Source: Myxococcales bacterium (GTDB lineage: Bacteria > Myxococcota_A > UBA9042). From it: a stretch of 64,000 bases of DNA. Of this stretch, positions 8,530 through 17,082 are shown one piece after another (position 1 is the stretch's first letter; each line of letters begins with the position of its first letter). The position numbers and the translations under genes are program-made. The notes below the pieces were generated by a model that saw only the letters and a list, made by a program, of their open reading frames with translations, had not been told where the DNA came from and did not search any database. The stretch spans positions 18,218 through 82,217 of the forward strand of contig SHZD01000001.1 of NCBI GenBank assembly GCA_009692465.1, written 5' to 3'.

Positions 8530-9441
8530 CTAGTAGGGTTGGAGTGCAGTAACCAAATAGGTTGCACTGCCGACGACTTGCGTTGGCCGCACATAGGTAA
8601 AGCCACGCGACTCGGCCAGCGCACAAATTGGCAAAGCCTGTGCTCGCGACCCCAATTCTAGGGCGAGCAAACCACCGGGCAGCAGAAAATATGGCGCCTC
8701 GGCGACAATCCGCCGGGCGAGATCGAGTCCATCGGCACCGCCATCCAGTGCCAAGCGCGGCTCGAAATTGCGAACATCTGGTTCCAGTTGGCTCCAATCT
8801 GCAGTGCAAACGTACGGTGGATTGCTGACGATGACCGCAAATCGAAGGTCAGGTGCCACAGCTTCGAACAGGTCCCCGCGCGCGGCAAGCAGGACTCGAT
8901 TCTGCGAAACGGCGTTGGCGGACGCCACCTCGAGTGCGGCCGCACTAATGTCCGTGGCGTAGACGTCGCGAATCGCATTGGTTTTTTCCATTTCCCGCAG
9001 CAAAGCCAAGCCGATACAGCCGCTACCTGTACACAAGTCCAAAACGGGTCCCGCCACCGCAGCTGAGTCGTGCAAGTAAGCTACAACGAAATCGACCAGC
9101 GTTTCGGTTTCCGGCCGCGGCACCAACACCGCTGAGTTTACATTGACTTCAATGTCATGAAATCCGCGCCGACCGAGTATGTAAGCGACCGGTTCATGGC
9201 GAGCACGGCGGCGGATCAGATGCTTGAACGCCGCCAACTCGTCCCCTTGAACGGGCTGATCAAACCTCAAGATCAACTGCAGCCGCGTGCTGTTCAACAC
9301 GAAGGCCAACAAGAACTCACTGTCGATGCGTGGCGTCGGCGAACCAGTCTTGGCCAACCAATCTGCGGTCCACGCCAGCAGGCGCTGCACCGTCCATACC
9401 TCCTGTATAGCTTGCTGATCAGGTGTTAGGATGTCATTCAT
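8530..9441 (-). CDS. prmC: Peptide chain release factor N5-glutamine methyltransferase
   Basis: 303 aa with the SAM motif LDLCTGSGCIGL and the catalytic NPPY (VSNPPYV). Confidence 0.9.
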   Translation of the reverse strand: MNDILTPDQQAIQEVWTVQRLLAWTADWLAKTGSPTPRIDSEFLLAFVLNSTRLQLILRFDQPVQGDELAAFKHLIRRRARHEPVAYILGRRGFHDIEVNVNSAVLVPRPETETLVDFVVAYLHDSAAVAGPVLDLCTGSGCIGLALLREMEKTNAIRDVYATDISAAALEVASANAVSQNRVLLAARGDLFEAVAPDLRFAVIVSNPPYVCTADWSQLEPDVRNFEPRLALDGGADGLDLARRIVAEAPYFLLPGGLLALELGSRAQALPICALAESRGFTYVRPTQVVGSATYLVTALQPY

Positions 9442-9527
9442 TGTGTGATACTTTCAATTTTGACTGCTATATAACTATAATGTCATCATATTTATGGAGT
9501 CACTGAGTTGTCACAAACCGAAACTGC

Positions 9528-10277
9528 TCACCTTGGCGCCTGCGCCCACGCCTGAGCTAGTTCATGGATTGCCGCCTGAGCTTGTTGAGGCGATAGCGGC
9601 TGACCGTCCGCTTGCAGCCACGCTCCGATGACGGCAAAGGCATGGGCACCCGCTTGGCGCGCGATCGCTGCATCCGATCGGCTCAGGCCACCAATGGCGA
9701 CAACGGGTTGGGCGCTGCGTGCGCAGGCATCGGCGAGCGCGGCCCATCCGGTCACCGGTTCAGTGTTTGACTTGGAATGAGTCCAGCGCACCGGACCAAA
9801 ACCAAGGTAGCTCACCGGCAGGGTAGCCGCTGCGTCAACCTCTGACAAACGATGAGTCGACCAGCCCAACACGGCAGCCGGACCCACGATCGACCGCACT
9901 GCGAGCGGATCGCCATCGCCTTGTCCAAGATGCAGTCCAGCTGCCGCGTGAGTCGCGACCTCGACATCATCGTTGACAATAAACGGAATTACGCCCCCAA
10001 GGGCCTTTGACATTGCCCGAGCACAGGCCAACCTGAAGCCAGCCGGTATGGCTTCGCCTTTCCAGCGCAGTTGCACCGCTACGGCCCCGCCAGCCAGCGC
10101 CGAATAGGCATACGATGCTGCTGATTCAACAATGCTATCCAAGCGATCCGCGCTTTCGGCGTTCTCGGTCCAACCCAGCGTTGCTCCGTCTACCACGGCG
10201 TACACGCCGCTCGCGAAGGGTGGCTCAGGCCAGCGTATTCGTGTCATAGCGGGTAATTTTTGCATGGCGTGGCGCAA
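9528..10277 (-). CDS. thiE: Thiamine-phosphate synthase
   Basis: AVQLRWKGE, IVNDDVEVA, GLHLGQGD, GWSTH, YLGFGPV..T.SK and VVAIGGL. The start is uncertain; alternative ATGs are at 10265 and 10247. Confidence 0.8.
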   Translation of the reverse strand: MRHAMQKLPAMTRIRWPEPPFASGVYAVVDGATLGWTENAESADRLDSIVESAASYAYSALAGGAVAVQLRWKGEAIPAGFRLACARAMSKALGGVIPFIVNDDVEVATHAAAGLHLGQGDGDPLAVRSIVGPAAVLGWSTHRLSEVDAAATLPVSYLGFGPVRWTHSKSNTEPVTGWAALADACARSAQPVVAIGGLSRSDAAIARQAGAHAFAVIGAWLQADGQPLSPQQAQAAIHELAQAWAQAPR

Positions 10278-10349
10278 CTCTTCCGCTTTGAGCGCGTGCG
10301 TAGCAGACTACAGCCGCTGCCGAAGCGCCGCCGGAGTCGGCTATGGCCG

Positions 10350-10490
10350 TAAGGAACTGTTCTGAAATAACTCGATCGATCTGGGCAACACAGGAGCGGC
10401 GAGTCGGCCTTTCAGGACGCGAGCTTAGCGACCAACTTGGCCAGTAAACGGAATTGGTCCAAGAACGAATTATTCTGGGATAATTCCTAA
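10350..10490. mobile_element. 135-bp TAA-flanked inverted-repeat element (second subfamily)
   Basis: TAA(10350-10352), the element (10353-10487) and TAA(10488-10490). The left terminus is GGAACTGT and the right terminus is decayed (GATAATTCC). The first roughly 84 nt nearly match the reverse complement of 21982-22116. Confidence 0.75.
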
Positions 10491-10501
10491 GGAACCAGAC
10501 A

Positions 10502-12778
10502 ATGGACCTGCAGTATCGCGTTTGGCTGGCGACCTTGCTTTTGGTTGTCGGCGGTGGCTTGTTCACTCGCACCATGATGGGCCGTTTGCAGCTTTTGCTC
10601 AAAGCAAAGCCTGAAACGCGGTGGAATCTGATCAAAGACCGAGGGATGACTCTACTTCGCATCGGCATCGGCCAGCAAAAAATGTTTCGCGACCCAGTCG
10701 ATCCGGCGTCGGGCTGGCTCCATGCGATGACGTTTTGGGGGTTTTGCGTCCTTGGCCTGCGGACTACGCAATTGTTCATCCAAGCCTATGCGCCGGCATT
10801 TCAGTGGCCGCTAATTGAGCCGATCTATGGCCCGATCAAGGACTTTACGGTCGCGATTGTGCTCATCGCCATCTTGGGTTTCTTCTACCGGCGCTTGATC
10901 GTGCGCCCCAAGCGCATCGCCTATTCGCACGAAGCACTGCTCATCCTGTCGTTCATTGGTCTGCTGATGGTCACTGAGTTTGGCTTCGAAGCGTGTCACT
11001 ACGGCGCGGCTCTGGCCGTGGGCGGCGCTGAGGCAGCACTGGCTAGCGAACATATCGCGCACGCTCCAATTGGGGCGGTTTTGGCCGATATGATCGCAAA
11101 AACGTCATTTAATCCAAAGGTATTATATGCAATTGGTGAAGTGAATTTTTGGATTCACCTAAGCATCATTGTAGTTTTTATGAATTTATTGCCGCTATCC
11201 AAGCATTTTCATGTCATCACTTCGCTGCCCAATGTGTTTCTGTCGCGTCTTGAACCCAAAGGCGCGCTGACTTTGGTACCGGACATCGAAAAGGCCTTGG
11301 AGGAAGAAACACCGCTCGGCATGTCCCAGCCTACTGACATGACGTGGAAGCAAGTGCTTGATTTATTTACATGTACCGAGTGTGGACGTTGCGAGGTGAA
11401 CTGCCCGGCATGGACAACCGGCAAGCCGCTCAATCCCAAGATGGTTATCCTGGACTTGCGTGACTTCGTGTATTCGCGGCAAAGCCAAATAATTTCGGGA
11501 GTTTCTGCAAACGGCACTGCCGGACCGCTGGCCATTGGTGTTGACGGGATTGCGGTCTCTGGTCAAATTTCAGCTAGGGAAAAAGCCGATGCTGATGCGA
11601 AACTGCCTGAACTAATTGCAAGTGTGAATACGGACGCCATTTGGGCGTGCACAACTTGCAGGTCTTGCTCAGAACAATGCCCCGTCATGATCGAGCATGT
11701 TGACAAGATCGTCGATGTTCGGCGCCATCTGGTCATGACCCGCAATGAGATGCCCAAGGAACTGGCTAAAACATTAGCGAACTTGGAATCGAAGTCCAAT
11801 CCTTGGGGCATGCCAAGCGGCAAACGCGGCGATTGGGCCAGGGGTCTTGGCTTGCCGACCTTGGACGAAAATCCAAATCCTCAGTGGTTGTATTTCGTTG
11901 GCTGCGCAGGTTCATTTGACGAGCGCGCCAAGAAGATCACGCTGGCCACGGTGAAGGTGCTGCAAGCGGCCGGGGTCTCCTTTGCCATCATGGGCAAAAA
12001 GGAGAAGTGTTCTGGTGATTTGGCGCGCAGATCGGGGCAAGAGTACCTGTTCCAAGAGCAGGCCAAGGCCAATATTCAGTTATTTGTCGAAGGCGGTGTC
12101 CGCAACATTATCACCACTTGCCCGCATTGCTACAATACAATTAAGAATGAATACCCGCAGTTGGGAGGCACATTTCATGTGGTCCACCACAGTGAGCTGA
12201 TTGCCAAGCTGATTGCCGATGGCAAGTTGTCCTTCCAAGAAGGCGAAAAGCAAAAGATTGTCTACCACGATTCCTGTTACCTCGGTCGCTACAACGACGT
12301 CTACGACGAACCGCGGCAGGCACTGGCCGCCCTTCCTGGCGTTGAACTGGTCGAAATGCAGCGCAGTAAGCGTTTGGGAATGTGCTGCGGGGCTGGCGGC
12401 GCTCGAATGTGGATGGAGGAGAAAATAGGCACGCGGGTCAATAACTTGCGTGTCGAACAGGCCATGGAGACCACACCAAATGTGATCGCATCGGCGTGTC
12501 CGTTTTGCATGACGATGCTGAGCGATGGCACCAAGGCCTTGGATATCGCTGATAAAGTGGTGACCAAGGATTTGGCAGAAATCGTGGCGGAACGCCTCAA
12601 ACCCGCATTGGCCAGCGGCGGTGGGGCAACAGTGGCCAGCGGCGCAGGGGCAACAGTGGCCAGCAGCGCAGGGGCAACAGTGGCCAGCAGCGCAGGGGCA
12701 ACAGTGGCCAGCAGCGCAGGGGCAACAGTGGCCAGCAGCGCAGGGGCAACAGTGGCCAGCGACGCTGGGGCGACGTAG
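10502..12778 (+). CDS. Membrane-anchored Fe-S oxidoreductase (N-terminal multi-TM domain, two 4Fe-4S motifs, two CCG domains; HdrD/DsrK/GlpC-like)
   Basis: 758 aa. The TM-rich N-terminal third is followed by CTECGRCEVNCP and CTTCRSCSEQCP. Cys-rich CCG-type segments follow (FVGCAGSFD, CPHCYNT, HDSCYLGR, MCCGAGG, CPFCMTM). The C-terminus is a (GATVASSA)n tail. Confidence 0.85.
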   Translation: MDLQYRVWLATLLLVVGGGLFTRTMMGRLQLLLKAKPETRWNLIKDRGMTLLRIGIGQQKMFRDPVDPASGWLHAMTFWGFCVLGLRTTQLFIQAYAPAFQWPLIEPIYGPIKDFTVAIVLIAILGFFYRRLIVRPKRIAYSHEALLILSFIGLLMVTEFGFEACHYGAALAVGGAEAALASEHIAHAPIGAVLADMIAKTSFNPKVLYAIGEVNFWIHLSIIVVFMNLLPLSKHFHVITSLPNVFLSRLEPKGALTLVPDIEKALEEETPLGMSQPTDMTWKQVLDLFTCTECGRCEVNCPAWTTGKPLNPKMVILDLRDFVYSRQSQIISGVSANGTAGPLAIGVDGIAVSGQISAREKADADAKLPELIASVNTDAIWACTTCRSCSEQCPVMIEHVDKIVDVRRHLVMTRNEMPKELAKTLANLESKSNPWGMPSGKRGDWARGLGLPTLDENPNPQWLYFVGCAGSFDERAKKITLATVKVLQAAGVSFAIMGKKEKCSGDLARRSGQEYLFQEQAKANIQLFVEGGVRNIITTCPHCYNTIKNEYPQLGGTFHVVHHSELIAKLIADGKLSFQEGEKQKIVYHDSCYLGRYNDVYDEPRQALAALPGVELVEMQRSKRLGMCCGAGGARMWMEEKIGTRVNNLRVEQAMETTPNVIASACPFCMTMLSDGTKALDIADKVVTKDLAEIVAERLKPALASGGGATVASGAGATVASSAGATVASSAGATVASSAGATVASSAGATVASDAGAT
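12623..12775 (+). repeat. Tandem 24-bp repeat, about 6.4 copies, in frame (encodes GATVASSA repeats)
   Basis: GGGGCAACAGTGGCCAGCAGCGCA units start at 12623, 12647, 12671, 12695, 12719 and 12743, with a partial unit at 12767. Four central copies are identical. Confidence 0.9.
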
Positions 12779-12793
12779 TCGAGGCACTTGACC

Positions 12794-13387
12794 ATGGTTC
12801 GATTGAACAAGATTTACACCCGGACGGGTGATGACGGCACCACAGGCCTGGTCGGTGGCGAGCGGGTTGCCAAAGCTGATCAGCGTATTGAAGCCTATGG
12901 CACGGTCGACGAACTAAACGCAGCGCTCGGTCTGCTGCCCCAGTTTTTGGGCTCGGAGCTGGACCTGGAGACTGTTAAGCTGGTGCGACGTCTGTTGGCC
13001 ATCCAGCAGGCTTTGTTCGACATCGGTGCGAGTTTGGCCACTCGAACTGAAAAACGCTGGGCCAACATGCCGATGGCGACGCAGGCCCATGTCGATTGGC
13101 TCGAACAAGACATCGACGCCATGAATGCAACTCTGGAGCCGCTAAAGTCGTTTGTTCTGCCGGGCGGAAGTCTGGCAGTCGCGCAATTTCATGTCGCCCG
13201 AACCGTGTGTAGACGCGCCGAGCGCGAGGTCTTGCGGCTGGCAGCGGTCGAAGCGGTAGAGCCGTTGGAGATCAAGTTTCTCAATCGGTTGAGCGACTGG
13301 CTATTTGTGGCCGGCCGCTGGGTCTGCGCGTTGCGCGGCGAGAGCGAAGTCCTGTGGTCGCCGGGCCTTGGAATTAGAAAGCTGTAG
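12794..13387 (+). CDS. ATP:cob(I)alamin adenosyltransferase, PduO type
   Basis: The N-terminal IYTRTGDDGTTGL motif and its roughly 197-aa length. Confidence 0.85.
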   Translation: MVRLNKIYTRTGDDGTTGLVGGERVAKADQRIEAYGTVDELNAALGLLPQFLGSELDLETVKLVRRLLAIQQALFDIGASLATRTEKRWANMPMATQAHVDWLEQDIDAMNATLEPLKSFVLPGGSLAVAQFHVARTVCRRAEREVLRLAAVEAVEPLEIKFLNRLSDWLFVAGRWVCALRGESEVLWSPGLGIRKL

Positions 13388-13460
13388 CGGCATAAGGTTG
13401 CGAAGTTAGTTGTGAATTTGGTACTGGCGACGCCAGCGGAGCTCACTTGGAAGCGTGCCC

Positions 13461-14615
13461 TCACTCTTGAATGCGAGCGATGTGGAGGCCGAGGAGAGCA
13501 TCGGCAACACAAAAAATCGCCGCTGCTTCTACGATTGGCACTGCGCGAGGCACAACGCAGGGGTCGTGGCGGCCCTTGATCGCCAAACTGCGCACGTGGC
13601 CCTTGGCGTCGGCGACGCCTTGGGATTGGGCAATGGTCGCCGCCGGCTTGAAGGCCGCGTCAAAGACCAGCGGCATGCCGGTGCTGATGCCGCCCAACGT
13701 GCCACCATGGTGGTTCGTTGCGGTGCGCAACGGTTGGCTGCCGGGCACGAAAGGGTCGTTGTGCTGGCTACCGGCCATTTCGGCCGAGGCCATCCCGCTG
13801 CCAAATTCAATGCCGCGACAGGCGGGCAAAGAGAGGACTGCGTGGCCGATGGTCGCGGTCAGCTTGTCGAAAACGGGGTCGCCCAGACCAGCCGGCAGAT
13901 TGCGCACCACACATCGCACCCGGCCGCCGATCGAATCGCGACGCAATTGGGCAGCTTCAATGGCCGCGACCATGGCCGCGCTGGCGTCGCTGTCAGGGCA
14001 ACGCACCAAAGAACAGTCAATTTGGGCGTGGTCGAGGGTACAAGGGGCGAACGCCCAACCACTGCAAGCAAGGCCAGTTATCGCGTGCGGCGGCGGGCCG
14101 TTGGCACGGACGTCACCAATGGCGTCGCTCCAGGCAATGGCCGTAATGGGCAACGCTCGGTGCGCAAGCGACCACGCATCCAAAACAGCTTGGGCAATGG
14201 CGCCGGCAATTACCCGCGCCACGGTTTCACGCGCACTGGCGCGACCGCCCCCGCGGGGATCGCGATGACCGTAGCGGGCATCCCAAGTCCAGTCGGCGTG
14301 GCCCGGGCGGAAATCGTGATCCAACTGCTCGTACTCTTTGGCGCGCCCGTCTTGGTTTGTCACGAGCACCAAAATCGGGGTTCCCAGCGTCAGCCCTTGA
14401 GCGACGCCGGACATGATTTCCGCGTGGTCGGCTTCTTTGCGTTGCGACTGCAGCGCGTTCTGCGCCGGTTTGCGGCGGTCCAGCCATCGCTGAAGCTGCG
14501 CCGCGGTCAGCGGCACACCCGCCGGCACGCCTTGGACGACGCAACCAACTGCGACGCCATGCGACTCGCCAAATGTGGTTGCCTGCAAGTAATGGCCAAA
14601 GGTATTGCCGGCCAT
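13461..14615 (-). CDS. aroC: Chorismate synthase
   Basis: MAGNTFGHYLQATTFGESHG plus conserved RHDPCVVPRAVPIVEA. I set the start at the ATG at 14615, which overlaps the upstream stop (TGATG). The 47-codon upstream extension in the ORF track looks non-native. Confidence 0.95.
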   Translation of the reverse strand: MAGNTFGHYLQATTFGESHGVAVGCVVQGVPAGVPLTAAQLQRWLDRRKPAQNALQSQRKEADHAEIMSGVAQGLTLGTPILVLVTNQDGRAKEYEQLDHDFRPGHADWTWDARYGHRDPRGGGRASARETVARVIAGAIAQAVLDAWSLAHRALPITAIAWSDAIGDVRANGPPPHAITGLACSGWAFAPCTLDHAQIDCSLVRCPDSDASAAMVAAIEAAQLRRDSIGGRVRCVVRNLPAGLGDPVFDKLTATIGHAVLSLPACRGIEFGSGMASAEMAGSQHNDPFVPGSQPLRTATNHHGGTLGGISTGMPLVFDAAFKPAATIAQSQGVADAKGHVRSLAIKGRHDPCVVPRAVPIVEAAAIFCVADALLGLHIARIQE

Positions 14616-16315
14616 CAGTATAGGGTCTCTATTTTGGCGCCAGTGTAGTAGTGAGTTAGAATTGTCTTGTAATCTTGACCGTTTTTGGCGCGAGCGACCG
14701 CTCCGGTTTGGTCCATGCCAACACCATGGCCAAAACCGGCGCCGGAAAAATACCAAGCTTCCGGCGCGCCGTTTTTGACTTCAGTGCTTGCTTTGATGAC
14801 CACCAACGCGGAACGCAGGCCTTTGGGTCCATGCGAACCACCCAACGCATCTCGAATGCGCAGTTCTCCGTCAAGCTGGGTAATAACACCCGTAATATCA
14901 GTAATTTGTAAGGATAGCGCCCGCCCAGACACCCCGCGCCGCAATACGCGCAAGTCTTTGACCGGCTTTCGGACTCCAAATCCCTTGAGTTGGTCGAATA
15001 ACTCCGCCCCGCTGCGCTCGATTTTCCACCGGCACGCTTCGGCGTTTAGGCCTGACGCGGCAGCCCACGAGCGGTCCTTGGTCTGCAACATCGCGCTGAC
15101 CGCGGCATCGCTGACGCCCTGAGGATACGGCGATTTTGCGCCCTCATCGACGAGATCAGGCTGACCCCGCAATGCCGGTTGCGGTCGCCCCGGCCAGGCG
15201 TTTTCATTGTTCTCCGTGTGACCGCCCGACGCTGCGTGATAGTAGGCATCGACGAGCCGACCTTCGCCGTCGACCAGAACTTGGCCACGGGTGTCCTGCA
15301 CCGCCTGGGCAATTCGAGCATTGACGCGCTCAAGACCGCGAAATGCTTGACAGTGCGTCTCCGAACAAATCGCAAACGGATCGGTAGCGTGACGGGTGCC
15401 GACTTTGGCCAGCATGTCTGTTCGCGCAGCGACCGCCTGGGCCCGCAGCGCGGCATCCGGAGCTGAATGAAAAATTTCAGACGCGACAACGCCTTCCAAA
15501 ATTCTCTCAATTTCCGCCTCGTTGACAACCTCCAATCCCTGTTGGCCGACAATTACGTAGACGCGACCCGGTAATTCCAATTCGGTGCGCGTCGAGCCAC
15601 GAAATCCGACCACTTTGAGGGTCGTCGCCGCGCCAGTCTGCTTAAGAGCTTCAAACCAAAGCACATCCTGAGCATGAATCTCCGCCGCAGCCGAGGATTT
15701 TTCCTTCGCGACCAACTCCGCGGTCGGCGGCGCCTCGACAACGGTATGCACACCAACTGGTGCAGCCAAGGTTGTTGTCAGCTCTGCCGCGCGCTTTTGA
15801 GCGTCAGTCGTCGAGTCAAACTGGTGGTCAAGACACAGCAAAGTCTGTTTGGTATCGAACATTCTGCCAGCCAAACTGTAGGTCGTTCCTGTGCTCAGCG
15901 TTTTGATCTGTAAGCCCTTGTCTTTCAGCTTGATTTTCTCTGCGCGCAGAGTTTCAAAATCCCACGCAGCAGCGCGACCAACGACAACAAAATGGCGCAA
16001 CACCCCCGGCTGCCGTGCGGTTGGTGTCACTTCTACGGCGCGGCCGGGTGGCAGGCGGATGTCGACTTGGCCGTCGCCAGTCCCCAGAATTCGCAGTCCG
16101 GACGGAGCCGCAATCTCGACGCGGTCTTGTCTGCCCAAAACTGAAAGTGGCAACAACGGCTTACCGGTGTCGCCGACACGCAGCACATCGCGATACAGCG
16201 TCGCTGTGCGATCGCCGTGCCCCAAGGAATCCGCTTGGGCGAACGCCGGGCCAGTGATCGCAAACCCAAACAGAACACCCAATAACACTATGCGGTTATA
16301 CATCATCGTTGCCAA
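14615..16315 (-). CDS. SpoIID/LytB-domain protein (exported)
   Basis: 566 aa with an N-terminal signal peptide (LLGVLFGFAITGPAFA). It has the C-terminal YHAASGGHTEN and GAGFGHGVGMDQTGA motifs typical of SpoIID amidase-enhancer domains. Confidence 0.85.
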   Translation of the reverse strand: MATMMYNRIVLLGVLFGFAITGPAFAQADSLGHGDRTATLYRDVLRVGDTGKPLLPLSVLGRQDRVEIAAPSGLRILGTGDGQVDIRLPPGRAVEVTPTARQPGVLRHFVVVGRAAAWDFETLRAEKIKLKDKGLQIKTLSTGTTYSLAGRMFDTKQTLLCLDHQFDSTTDAQKRAAELTTTLAAPVGVHTVVEAPPTAELVAKEKSSAAAEIHAQDVLWFEALKQTGAATTLKVVGFRGSTRTELELPGRVYVIVGQQGLEVVNEAEIERILEGVVASEIFHSAPDAALRAQAVAARTDMLAKVGTRHATDPFAICSETHCQAFRGLERVNARIAQAVQDTRGQVLVDGEGRLVDAYYHAASGGHTENNENAWPGRPQPALRGQPDLVDEGAKSPYPQGVSDAAVSAMLQTKDRSWAAASGLNAEACRWKIERSGAELFDQLKGFGVRKPVKDLRVLRRGVSGRALSLQITDITGVITQLDGELRIRDALGGSHGPKGLRSALVVIKASTEVKNGAPEAWYFSGAGFGHGVGMDQTGAVARAKNGQDYKTILTHYYTGAKIETLY

Positions 16316-16758
16316 ACTACCGCCTCAATTCGCGGATTGTGCATGGCAGAGCGATTGCTGTCTAGAACACCGACCAGACTGCTGAATTTCAATGGGTTGC
16401 ACCCGGGACGAACCTAGGTGCGGCGGTGGCCGTGCCGGAGCGACGTTGCGCCTAGTTCCGCCATTGCTGTTGACCCGGCCCTCGCTCGCCGCCACAAGAC
16501 CTGAATACCCCTGCGTAATCACCAGATAGTTGCTGAGCGAATGATAGCCCCGGTCGCTCCCTGGCTGCTGACCGAGGGTGCCGAATCGCATTGGGCTGTT
16601 CAGACAGCGTCGCTTTAGCATTGATTGCCGGGTGCGCGTCCGACTCCCACCAACGGCAGAAGTCTGAAATCACTTTCTTGGTCAAGGTCATTGTGGTCTG
16701 AAGCACCAACACACAGACCGCTCTGGATACCGATCGAATGGTTGCCGATGGATAATTT

Positions 16759-16793
16759 GGGCCGCCATTGGGTCTTGACGGTGGCCCCTTTTT
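16759..16793 (+). terminator. Candidate Rho-independent terminator (orphan; no upstream plus-strand CDS)
   Basis: GGGCCGCC (16759-16766) pairs with GGTGGCCC (16780-16787) as 8 bp including one G-U. The loop is 13 nt and is followed by C-TTTTT (16788-16793). Confidence 0.4.
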
Positions 16794-16924
16794 GCTGCTA
16801 CTTGGTCGTCTGGCCACCGCCGCCCGATCCCAGTCTTGGATGCTACGGCGCGTCGGGGTAGCGCGACTTGGTCCAAGCGTCGCCTACTTAGGCAGACTCA
16901 TTTACGTAGACAGACTCCTCGGTG

Positions 16925-17072
16925 CGGCGTCAACTACATGAAACTGCACGGATGCACGGTGATTGATTCGCCGGCGGCTGACAACGCGCAACAAGCTAGG
17001 AGTCTGGCAGACCGCAATAGATTCAAAGTGTATAGCTGTGCAGAGATATCGAAATAGTTCAATCTGCGCTAG
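16925..17072. mobile_element. Decayed copy of the CTAG-type mini-element mosaic
   Basis: CAACTACATGAAACTGCACGGAT resembles CAACTGTCCGAAACTGCACGGAT at 4613. CTAG-GAGTCTGGCAGACCGCAATAGATTCAAAGTGTATAGC resembles CTAG-GAGCCTGTTGGATCGTAATAGATTCATTGTGTATAAC at 4677. CTAG occurs at 16996-16999 and 17069-17072. Confidence 0.6.
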
Positions 17073-17082
17073 GTTTCTGGCC

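Noticed and set aside
13455-14648. 397-aa plus-strand ORF antisense to aroC. Similar long antisense or off-frame ORFs occur at 35374-36675, 27247-27912, 29118-29870, 49872-50549, 54383-55370 and 55697-56404.
   Set aside because: Each lies entirely within a gene that has strong family motifs on the other strand or frame. Their translations are Arg/Ala/Gly/Pro-rich low-complexity sequence typical of spurious ORFs in GC-rich or repeat-coding DNA.
16380-16700. Possible tmRNA, RNase P RNA, TPP, cobalamin or glycine riboswitch in the long gap.
   Set aside because: I compared both strands by eye with the conserved cores: GGAAAGTCCGGGC and ACAGAACCCGGCTTA for RNase P, GGTTCGAxTCC...CCACCA for tmRNA, CTGAGA...ACCC...CCTGATCTGGxTAATGCCAGCG for TPP, and the B12 box. 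Only scattered 5-7-nt coincidences appeared, in the wrong order, with no supporting stems. A covariance-model scan is still needed.
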